Positions 1 through 9,398 of a stretch of DNA of 20,783 nt are shown here, one piece after another. The notes under the pieces are model-generated. The model made no database searches. It saw nothing but the letters and a program-made list of their open reading frames with translations, and was not told the origin of the DNA. Numbering within the stretch: position 1 is the stretch's first letter; every line of letters begins with the position of its first letter. The stretch lies in contig JAJCTO010000018.1 in assembly GCA_046563655.1 (NCBI GenBank), positions 124,001 to 144,783 on the forward strand. Direction: 5' to 3'. The stretch is from Yuukianura sp. NJ FZ-2021 (lineage: Eukaryota). Position numbers and translations under genes: made by a program.

Positions 1-119
1 AACAACACAAAATTAAACAACATTTGACCTCAATTTTTGGCTACTCTGTCACTCAATGATAATTAAACTGCGTAATCCTCAATGTAAAATGGGTGTTGAG
101 TAAAAGGAGAGTGGCGTAC

Positions 120-1110
120 CTGGAATGGAGATGACAGACAAGGGTGCTGGTCTCCCTTTGCCCACCATTTTGAGTTCAACTCCAATCAAGCACCGATCAG
201 CATTAGGAATGGAAATGTACTTGAAGTGCTGCGACTCCTTGACTGCTGGGCATTTCTTCAGTTGAGCATCCAACAGAGCCAGAAGAGCACAGTTTCTGAG
301 GACGAAGAAACCACAAGAGTGGGATGGTTGAAAATCGGCGGATTCCGTCACTGTAGGCGGGAGAGTGACAGCATTTCGCCTCAGCAGAACATCCCAGTCG
401 ATGCGGAAGGGAAAAGCACACTTGAGCAGCACCAAATTAGGCCGCTTCGCTGGAGGATACCTAAACAAACATTAATTTTCATGTTAACAAACCGATTAAA
501 TAAAGTACAAATACAAAGAAATAAATAAAGTTACACTCTTTGTAATCCTCTTTGAGTTTAGCTCAACGACGGAAATACTGTACCTGAAGTACGTTTCTTT
601 AGCTTTGTCTCCCTGGAGCTGTGCTTCCGTTTGACCAAAGAGTGAGTCTGGTTGAGGGAGATGAGCAGAATGAACAGAACCAAACTCCAACACATGATTA
701 TCAGCATCTCGAAGTCCAAATGGCCGAACACATCTGATGGACAACATCAAGGAAATCATAAAGTGGAATGTATAGAATTAATTCTTAATTAATTGTTGTT
801 AATTAATTGATGTCGAATGTGTTGAAGTGAGGTGATACCTGTATGAGAGAGCAATCCAGAAGGCGAGTGTCCATCCTCGTGGCACAATCAAGTCCCACCC
901 ATTCCCCTCTTCCTTGATCAAAACAATAGGCACTTGGTTTTCATCCTCCCCAAGGTCCAGTTCGGATCCTGTAAAAGTCATTGGACTTCAAGTCAAACAT
1001 TCATTCTACATGTTCAAATGTTCATTTTTGTACCTGGAATGAGGAGTTGAGCTCTGCGTCTGCTTAGCTCAACGTCGCTCATCTTCTCTCCCAAAATACG
1101 CTCTCTGACG
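120..1110 (-). CDS. POP1: POP1 (RNase P/MRP subunit) 3'-half fragment, copy 1. Exons ~1110..1034 (5'-truncated), 968..839, 733..584, 460..120; the last exon lies off-window
   Basis: The spliced translation ..EKMSDVELSRRRAQLLIPG-SELDLGEDENQVPIVLI..GWDLIVPRGWTLAFWIALSYR-CVRPFGLRD..PQPDS..YFR-YPPAKRPNLVLLKCAFPFRIDWDVLL matches the conserved POP1 POPLD-region motifs (GWD.I.P.GW..AFW, PPAKRPN). All introns are GT-AG and phase-compatible. No N-terminal POP1 exons are present upstream. Confidence 0.9.
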
Positions 1111-1136
1111 GGTTAGGTCTCTAACCTAACCTAACC
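1111..1136. repeat. Short head-to-head telomere-type junction GGTTAGG-tct-CTAACCTAACCTAACC (copy 1)
   Basis: Read directly from the sequence. It lies exactly where POP1 homology stops and the orphan ORF ends. GGTTAG/CTAACC can form a small hairpin. Confidence 0.85.
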
Positions 1137-2439
1137 ATTTTCCTTGAGGGCTGTTTGAATGGCACCTGCTTGGACGCTTCCAAGTTGCAAAATTTGTAGC
1201 GTAAACTCTTGGTCCTTTCTTTCTCGTCTTGCATTTTTCAAGGTGACTTTCAACCATTTCCTTTGATTAACTTTCTCATTAATTTCAAGAGTGCACCCTT
1301 TAATGTTCTCCTTGCACGAGGCCTCTCTCTTTTTTAAGTCTTGGATCCTATCTTCGATGGCTATGAAGTCAGCGGTCTTTTCAGAAACAGAACCTCCATG
1401 ACTGTGTTGAAGGGGGAGCAACTGGTTAGGATTCACTGCAATTTCTATAACAGATGCATCGACTTCATCATTTGGAACACGTTCGGAGCCTTTCGTACTT
1501 CCGCGATGACTGTTTGCCTTCAACGAACGTTTAATTTGCTTGGATGTGATGCTGCCCACTGGACGATTTGTTCACCGCTTTACATTTAAGTTGAACATGA
1601 GCCAAGCATCTGGAGTGCAAATAGACTGGACAGATTCTGAACGCCCAAAAATGTTGAGAAGAGGTGATGGTAATACAAGCGGTGAAGCCCAGATGCCGTT
1701 TTGCAATTCGTCCGGTTGGCTCAAGACGAGAGCTACGGACTTCATTCCTTCTTCGCCAATTACTTCAGTAAGGCGTGGTTTATCGTAGCGTAGATTCAGG
1801 GAATCTAAAAACAACAAGCATGGATTAGTCCACATTTGTATGGTAAATGCTTTCAAAATGTTGAAGTAACAGGCTTACAATAGAGTTTGACCAAGAACAG
1901 AGCAAAGTACCCTTTGGAGTACTGATCCTTGATCATCGAATTGACTCCTCGTAAAAGCTGCTTAGCCTCGGTTCCTAACCCCTTGATTAGATTTGTGCCG
2001 TATTGAGTTGCACAGTACTCCTCCAGCGATGGTACTTCCTGAAGTGCGTCGGGACCAGCAAATCGTTCAGTAAGTTTGTACCGGTTTGGCGGCCTGTAGG
2101 AACCACCTTGACTAGCGCTGGCAAACTGCTTGATTCGGAAAAACTGCACTCCAAAATGGCTTGGTTTCTGCTGTCTTGATGTCCAGAAGTTTGTTCCAAT
2201 CTTTCAAAGGCAATAAGCAATCGCTAGGTTCATCAAGGCCATCGCCGAGCAAATCAGCAACTACACATAGTAGTAAATCCGTCGGTATTCCTAGGGCTGT
2301 AAATAAAAGACGCGTGTTTTCCTGCGCCGTAGCAAAATCCGATAGTGTAAATGGTGTCAGCTGCTCCTAAAAATTAGAAACAAAATTTACTTCAACTAGT
2401 ACATAGCCAGGTATTTCTACATGTCGAGCTTACCATCAT
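1131..2439 (-). pseudogene. Unknown spliced gene with C-terminal coiled coil, copy 1 (frameshifted). Predicted exons 2439..2434, 2366..1879, 1804..1584, 1517..1131
   Basis: ATGATG|gtaagc donor and tttttag|GAG acceptor. The predicted 67, 74 and 66 nt GT-AG introns remove the apparent frame break at ~1856 and the TGA at 1572. The A5 run at ~2139-2143 is 2 nt shorter than in copy 2 and breaks the frame (could be a homopolymer sequencing error). Heptad-like segment IEDRIQDLKKREASCKENIKGCTLEINEKVNQRKWLKVTLKNARRERKDQE. Confidence 0.65.
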
Positions 2440-2595
2440 TCTAAAATTGTTCCAATTTGACGACAGCTAACCTAAAACACAAAAGTGTAAGGGCAGCATT
2501 AGACGTGGTACACTTGGTTAAACGGAAAGAAAAATGAAATTAGATATTGTTTCCACAATTTCCCAGCTTACCGCAAATAAAGTAAAGGGAAGGGC

Positions 2596-2610
2596 TTAGG
2601 TTAGGTTAGG
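2596..2610 (+). repeat. (TTAGG)3 interstitial telomere-type repeat upstream of the orphan gene (duplicate at 16385..16399)
   Basis: Seen directly. TTAGG is the ancestral arthropod telomeric repeat. Confidence 0.85.
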
Positions 2611-2644
2611 GTATTCACTAACTTGATGTAGGTCGAAGTTAGGT

Positions 2645-3412
2645 TAGTTTGACTTTTTATTTTTGATCCTTTGTTTATTTCGAAAAAGTTGCGTTGCTAA
2701 TAGCAATTTCGATGACTGAACGCAATTGTACGGAACGAATCGGACTAAATGGTACAGCGTAGTTTAGTTATTAGTTAAAAGAAATGTTGAAAAACTGCCC
2801 AACCTGAACTTGAAATTAGAGTACATTTGACAACCAAATGTTGAAATTGTACCCAAAGTTCAATTTCCTTGATTTTTCATGCATTTTGGATAGGTACAGC
2901 GTTGCCGCTTTTCGTAAAAATTTCTTTCGGGTAGGTCGCAGCCTGTGCCGACCCAGCCTTCTGTCATTGCGACTTTGTCAATTGTACGAGAATTTTCTTG
3001 AAATATTTCGGATTAATGCTTTAGTATTTGCAAAACTAGTCTCTGTTTTAAAAACTTGACAAAATTTGACATCGCCTGATATTAGAATCGCCCGAAAATC
3101 CTTTTGCCAACACTCTGAAATCAGGGATTGAAAATAAAAACTTATCTTCGGCCACGAGGCAAAGGACGGAAAACCCAACTACGCAAAGTTGCAAAATTAC
3201 GTTTTATCGATTAAAAGAAAGATCCACATCCACAGCTGGGCATTACGATTTCAATCAAAATATTTTTGTTAATTTGTTATTTTTATCAGTAATTAATTTC
3301 GCAGTAATTTAATAAATTACGGCAACAAAAATTCCGCTCCATTTTCCCCTGTAACTGAATTTTGGGTGAGAAAATGCAATCAACAAAGGATCAAAAATAA
3401 AAAGTCAAACTA
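2645..3412. mobile_element. Non-autonomous TIR element (MITE-like, 768 bp) with perfect 31-bp terminal inverted repeats
   Basis: tagtttgactttttatttttgatcctttgtt (2645..2675) is the exact reverse complement of aacaaaggatcaaaaataaaaagtcaaacta (3382..3412). The interior is AT-rich and non-coding. The outer TA could be a TA TSD or part of the TIR; superfamily unresolved. Confidence 0.85.
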
Positions 3413-4360
3413 TAGTCAAGAGTTTCAGATTTCCTAAATTGGGAGCAGAGCTGATTCCATTAAGGAGCAGATACACTTCTTCGAGAGTTGAATAAGTGTA
3501 GACCAAATGTTCCAGAGTTTTTGGGAGGCTAGCCAGTAAACAACCGAGGTTTGTTACATTCTTCATAAAATTATTGTTTGCGGTCAGCCCAACTTCCACA
3601 AGCTTCGTACGTGCAGGGAAAGTAATTTTTCACATAGAGTTCCCCTCCGCTTCATTTTCTTCGTCACGTGACTCCGGAATCACAAATACTTCCAAGTCCT
3701 TCAGCGGGGTCACAATCCTTTACAAGAATTTCACGCTGATTGCTTCTATGTTGATTGTCTTGATTTATTGTCGATTTGCATCGCAAAACCGAGTACTAAA
3801 TTGTTGCAAGTTAATGGGGTTGGTCGAGCCAGCAAAATGAACTGTAGTAACTTAGGAGCCAAGCGCTTTCGGTTAGGATTTCCGTTGAAAAACGAAGTAG
3901 GGCCGTAAATGACTTTGATTGAGCCCTTCTGCTCCGCTTTCGTTTTTATTTTCCTTGCACCGTCTTCGTCATCAACATCCTCCAAATAAATAGAACATTT
4001 CGCTTACTACAATCAGCTGGGCCACAATGAGTCACATGCAAGCGTTGTATTGCATTAGTTTTTCCTACTACCTTATGCATTACACTGCACACTTTGACAT
4101 TACCTCAGTCGTATTTTTTTTCGGTACAGAGCTTCGGGTCCAATGTCGCCGTCCAATTTGTACCTAGATTGGCGAATTCTGCTGCGATGGACCCTGGTCA
4201 GGTTAGAGTTCATCGTCTGACAAGTCTACACTCTACAGCTTCCACAAAATTTTCTGATGTTCGTTCCTGCTTCAGTATTATAACGCCGTCGTCATCGTTG
4301 GTATCTCCTTTGGCAAACGATGTCAGTATCCCAAGACATTCCTGCTGCCGCTCGTGACAT
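3413..4360 (-). pseudogene. LRR-like gene family copy A (3'-truncated at the TIR element, frameshifted). Exon 1 4360..4104, exon 2 3979..3413
   Basis: Homologous to copy D: ATG TCA CGA start, GAG|gtaatg donor, peptide pieces DVDDEDGARKIKTKAEQKGSIKV and TNLGCLLASLPKTLEHLVYTYSTLEEV split over different frames. Confidence 0.8.
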
Positions 4361-4560
4361 TGTGCTAAATGCTGATGGAAGCTCTAGGAAGTCGGTGTTC
4401 AAACAAAACCAAGCAACAGCGGCATGGTTAAAGTACAACATACAAAACAATGGCAATTGTCATAAATAAACCTGGGTTGCAAAATTACATGAGTCGGAGG
4501 TGCAATTACCATTTCATGTTTCATTTTCCAAATTTTAATCGCCAGGCCTTACCCTAACCG

Positions 4561-5472
4561 CAGAGACAGTTCTTCTTTGTGTTCATCATCATCACTATCG
4601 TTCGATTCGGTTTTCTCAATAGTCAAGATTTTCAGACTTTTCAATTTCTGGAGAAGAAATGATTCAATTGAGGAGCTGCTCGACTTCTTGGAGACTTGAA
4701 TACGTGTAGGCAAAATGGTCTACAGTTTTCGGTAGGCTGACCAGTAAGCCGCCACCGAGGTTTGTTGTGTTCTTGAAAAAATGCTTGTTTCCGGTTAACA
4801 CAACTTTCACAAGCTTCATACGTGCTGGGAAAGTGAATTTTGAGCTAGAGTTATCCTCCGCTTCACCGCGTTTTGTTCAAGTGACTCTGGAATCACCAAC
4901 GCTCCCAATTCCTTCCGCCGGGTGGCTATCTCCTTCAAGAATTCGAAGTTGATTGCATCTACGTTGATTGTCTTGAATTTTTTTCGATTAGTATCAGAAG
5001 CGAGTTAATTGAGGCAAGTTAATCGGTCTCGATCCAGCAAAATGAGCTGTAGTAACTGTGGAGCCATACTTTCGGTTAGGATTTCCGTTGAAAAGCGAAT
5101 GCCATAAATGACTTTGATTGAGCCCTTCTGCTCCGCTTTCGTTTTTTCTTTGCTTGCACCGTCTTCGTCATCAATATCCTGTAAATAAATAGAACCTTTA
5201 ATTTTACACAATCAGCTGGTTCACATACTAGCGTTCGCTTACATCAGTTTTTACTGCTACCTTGTGCATTACATTGTACACATTGACTCAGGCGTAATTT
5301 CTTTCGGTATAGAGTTTCGTGTGAAATGTCGCGGTGCAATTTGTACCAAGGTGGGCGAATCCTGCTGTGATGGACCCTGGTCACGGTAGGGTTCATCAGT
5401 ATCGTCGCGCAAGTCTACAGCTTCTACAAGTTTCGGTATTACAAGGTCGACGTTGTCGCTGGTATTTTGCAA
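4561..5472 (-). pseudogene. LRR-like gene family copy B (fragment truncated at both ends, frameshifted)
   Basis: Peptide pieces VEAVDLRDDTDEPYRDQGP..APRHFTRNSIPKEITPE and QDIDDEDGASKEKTKAEQKGSIKV are homologous to copy D. The exon-1 donor is lost, and the fragment abuts the 3' end of copy C at ~5475. Confidence 0.8.
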
Positions 5473-5475
5473 GAT

Positions 5476-7991
5476 GTGCTAAAATCAGCTTCTTCAGCCC
5501 CATTAGGTGCTCAATGCCATACTCCCGTCTGCGCAGAATGGCATCATCGATGGTCGTCTGTATCCAAATGGGAAGTTCGATTCCTTTGTCTCGAATGAAC
5601 TCTTGAAAAACGTCGTTGTTTCTGTTTTCTAGTTCCAGGAGCTTAGTGAGGCTTTATGCTGGATTCACATTACAAAGCAACTCGCAGACTTTATGCTAGT
5701 TGCAAGTTGTCACAGTTTTCTGCTTTATGCGAGTTGCGTGTTCACACTGGGCCTTTTCTCGAGGCCCGAATGATAAGGAAAGTCGCGGGCAGACGCTTCA
5801 AAGGAGGCACATCAAAAGTCGCCTTTATATGTGAACGCTTTCACTTCGGGCATAGGGGAAGACATGCAGTTTCTGCCTTACAGCTTCGTTTGACGAAGCT
5901 CACAAAATCTTGTCTGCGCAGCACTTTTTGGAGCAGATTTTCTGCCACATTTTTGTGAGTGTAAGCAGCAGCCACAACTCCTTTCCGCAGAAAAGCCCGT
6001 AACTTTTGCTAAAATTTTCTGCACATTCCAATCTCTAGTGTGTGCATTAGGATGTTGCGTGTGTTAGGTTGCAATCTCGAGTTGCGGTGTAATGGGAATC
6101 CAGCATTAGTCGTCTCTGATTGGCAGATGGTCTCGCTTAGGAAACAAAGCATCTTCCAGCGTTCCTATGAAGTCATACGCTGTTTTCAAACGTAAGGTTT
6201 CACAGGAACAATTCACTTATGTAATGAAAAAAGTATCGTAGACATTCCTCAGTTGGATACTTCATGGTAATTCGTTTCAACGCGGGAAACATTTTACTAA
6301 TGTTAAGCATAAACAATTGGTCTTGAATGGTATGAGGAAGTCTGAGGTTACGAACGAAATTGAATTTGTAAAATTCGGAGTTAAAAACTTCTGGAGACGT
6401 AGGTATTTGCATTGTCTGTCCAGTTGCTGCAAATATGAAGTGTCTTTAACTTTGGGAACTGCGATAGCTGGATCCTGTCGATATGATTTGAATTCCCGAG
6501 ACATCCGAGAGACAAGCTTTTCAGAGTTGGAGTTGCACAAAATGAAATGTTTATGTCGGTCGTTCCTACTTTGTCCAAGGAAATGACGTGGCCATATTGC
6601 ACTACATTTTGTGCACCAACATGTCCCCTGGCTAAGTCGTCGTCGCTGCCACTACCGCGGTCGTCTTCATAGTCGTCTGATTCGATGAATCTTTCAGTTT
6701 CTTGGAGTTCATTCCCACTTCCATTTCCTATGTGAAAAGTCCTCACTTGAGCCATCTTCGGGACATGACATTTGACTTGGTTGTCGGCTATGCCCACTCC
6801 TTGCCAGTTTCCCGCGATAGTAAAATGTCGCAGAGTTGGAGAAAATTTTGATAACGTCGATGTCAGATCCATTGCGTATCTTCCCATATCCCGCATTTTA
6901 ATTCTAACCTTGCTAACGCGGGAAGATTCACATTGGTGATCGATAGAATTTGTTTGCGATGCAGTGCAAGTTCTTCTTTGTCGTCTTAAACGTTTCACTC
7001 GATTTTCTAAATAGTTAGAAGCTTCATATTCTTCAAATTCTGAGAAGAATTGATTCCATTGAGGAGCTGATTGACTTATTGGAGATTTGAGAAAGTGTAG
7101 TGTACACCAATTGGTCTAGACTTTTTGGGAGGCTAGCCCAAGGTGGGTAAACAAACAAAGGCTACACCAGGTTATTCAGTAAGCAACAGGTTTGTTGCGT
7201 TCTTCAGAAAGTTATTGGTTCCGTTAAGCACAACTTTCACAAACTTCGTATGTGCAGGGAAAGTGAATTTTGAGCTAGGGTTATCCTCCACTTCATCGTT
7301 TTGGTCACGTGGCTCTGGAATCACCAAAACTTCCAATTCCTTCAGCCGGGTCGCAATCTCCTTTAACATTTGGAAGTTGATTGCTTCTACGTTGATTGTC
7401 TTTATTTTTTTTTTGATTAGCATCTCACAAGCGAATAAATTGAGGCAGATAGATCGGTCTCCATCCAGGAAAATGAACAGTAGTAACGTTGGAGCCAATT
7501 TTTCGCTTACGATTCCCTTTGAAAAACGAACTTAAGCTGGAAATGACTTTGACGGAGCGCTTTTGTTCCGCTTTCGCTTTTCCTTTGCTTGCACCGTCTT
7601 CGTCATCACTAACCTGTAAATAATAGAACATTTCATTTTCCACAATCAGCTGGGTCACATACAAGCGTTATATTGCATTAGTGTTTCCCACTTTACGCAT
7701 ACATTGTACACATTGAAATTACCTCAACCGAGATCTTTTTCGGTATAGAACTTCGGGTGAAACCCGAATTCGGGCGGTCCATTCTGTACTGCGGTTCGCG
7801 AATCCTGCTGTGATGGACTCTGCTCACCACCGGGTTCATCAGCATCGTCGGACAAGTCTACAGCTTCTACAGCAGTTTCCGGTTGTTGTTCTTGCTTCAC
7901 TATTACGACGTCGTCCTCATCGCTGGTATCTGCCTGGCGACCGTTGTCGGTATTCGAAGACGTTCCTGCTCCCTGCTGTCGGTGGTGACAT
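5476..7991 (-). pseudogene. LRR-like gene family copy C (near full length, multiple frameshifts, MITE inserted at 5657..6105)
   Basis: ORF fragments 7425..7664, 7172..7498, 6381..6998 and 6200..6412 are collinear with the copy D protein (LKEIATRLKELEVLVIPE, SPTLRHFTIAGN, FPKLKTLHI, MFPALKRITMKYPT). The upstream region 8000-8400 matches 11750-12110. Confidence 0.85.
5657..6105. mobile_element. PIF/Harbinger (Tourist-like) MITE, 449 bp, TTA target-site duplication
   Basis: ~28-bp TIRs tgctggattcacattacaaagcaactcg / cgagttgcggtgtaatgggaatccagca (3 mismatches), with TTA on both sides (5654..5656, 6106..6108). Paralogous empty sites at ~9520 and ~12525 have a single triplet at this position. A TWA TSD is the Harbinger signature. 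Confidence 0.85.
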
Positions 7992-9398
7992 TGTGTTGAA
8001 TGCTGATGGCAGCTCTAGGAACACGAAGTCGGTGTTCCAACAACAAAAAAACAAAAGCGACATGGTAGAAAATACTAAGCAATGGCAATTGCAATAATCT
8101 GGGGTTACAAAATTGCATGAGTCGGAGGGCCAATTGCCATTTCATGTTTCATTTTTTCAATTTTTATCGCCATTCTAACTTCTCAAGTTTTGCATTTCTC
8201 AATTTGCAGAGGTTTTCTATCCTTTACACTACGTATATGTTGCAGGGTCAGCAAAATGATTCTGACTGACGTTTCAAATTTATGAAATTTATGGCTGGCG
8301 TTTTATTGACGCTTTATGACGCGATTCCTTGTCACAACACGGCATTTTCTTGAAATTCAAAATTTTTTCACATTTTCTACTATTTCGAATGCAACTTTCG
8401 AAATTTTTTTCCCAAGAGGTTCTGCCGCTTCTGACTTACATCAAAATGTTGCCATGAACGATGAGATTACGTTTTGCTGAATTTCCTTGGGGCGTTCATC
8501 TGAAATTTAAAATCCTGAGCAGTTGAAGTTGGACTGCATGAATTTTTTGAATTTGACATTGTGAAATGCACGGACAGGTCCCGACGCTGAAGCCGACAAG
8601 GAACGTGCTGAATGAAACAACAATCGAAGTTCCGCCAGCACATGCTGCGCCAGTAGCCAAGGAAGTTGTCACTTGCAAAACTCTAAATTACCTGAAATCT
8701 AAACTAAAATTTTGCGCTTACCATCACACAAATTGAATTTAATTAAAAATAAAGAACATGTCAAGGTCAACATTGCCAATTTCCTATTCAAAACTCCAAA
8801 TTCTATTGAGCAATTAATCTTCTTCGAAAAATTACACTGGAAAAGGGAAAACTACGTTTAAATTCCCCAAAATTAAATCTCCATACATTACTTTGTCACA
8901 CCCTAACATTTGTTTTGAATAATCACGTTAGGTTTGACCAAGGCTCCTTTTTTACCCTTATGGCTCCTGTTTGACATCCCTCTTCACCTCATGTCTAACT
9001 TTGTTCCCAAATCATCGCTTGACGTGGAACTCAAGCGGGCTCCTCCGTCTTGACTTTCTTGATTTGTCTGTCCCTGGCAAAGTTGCGTTTTACCCTCTTC
9101 TTACTGTTGGATTCAGCCACAGTACTGCCAGCATCTTCAAAGGCATCTCCGGCCTTGCGCTTCCCCTCCTTACTCCTGGATCCTATTGGTTCCAATTTAA
9201 AATACCGATCCAACAACTTGTCGTCAAACTTGTACTTCCAGAATCCGATTCTGCAATGTTGATCAAATGTTTGCTATGGATGTTTATGTGAAACTTTATT
9301 TAACGGAATTTTGGCCGGTTTCTTGTTTAGATTTTCCAGACTCATCATCTTGAGCCCTCTCAAGTGCTCCAATGCCATACTCCCGTCCGTGCAGAATG

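Larger units (their letters stand above)
1..2639. repeat. Segmental duplication, copy 1 (runs off the left edge of the window); near-identical to 13775..16428
   Basis: Direct alignment with an offset of ~13774-13789. The ORF track gives paired near-identical translations (79..468/13850..14248, 1131..1559/14918..15346, 1572..1856/15359..15643). Identity ends abruptly after ggtcgaagt (2639/16428). Confidence 0.97.

Noticed and set aside
1111..1136. Functional link between POP1 as a telomerase subunit and the adjacent telomere repeats
   Set aside because: Pop1 is a telomerase component in budding yeast, but nothing in the DNA sequence connects that role to this junction; treated as coincidence.
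1131..2639. TTAGG-targeting non-LTR retrotransposon (SART/TRAS) inserted into POP1
   Set aside because: No reverse transcriptase, endonuclease or gag zinc-knuckle motifs and no poly(A) tail; the segment has spliceosomal introns.
8460..8760. Short ORF 8496..8678 (-) and a coding-looking + strand stretch between copies C and D
   Set aside because: Short, no recognisable motif and no supported exon structure.
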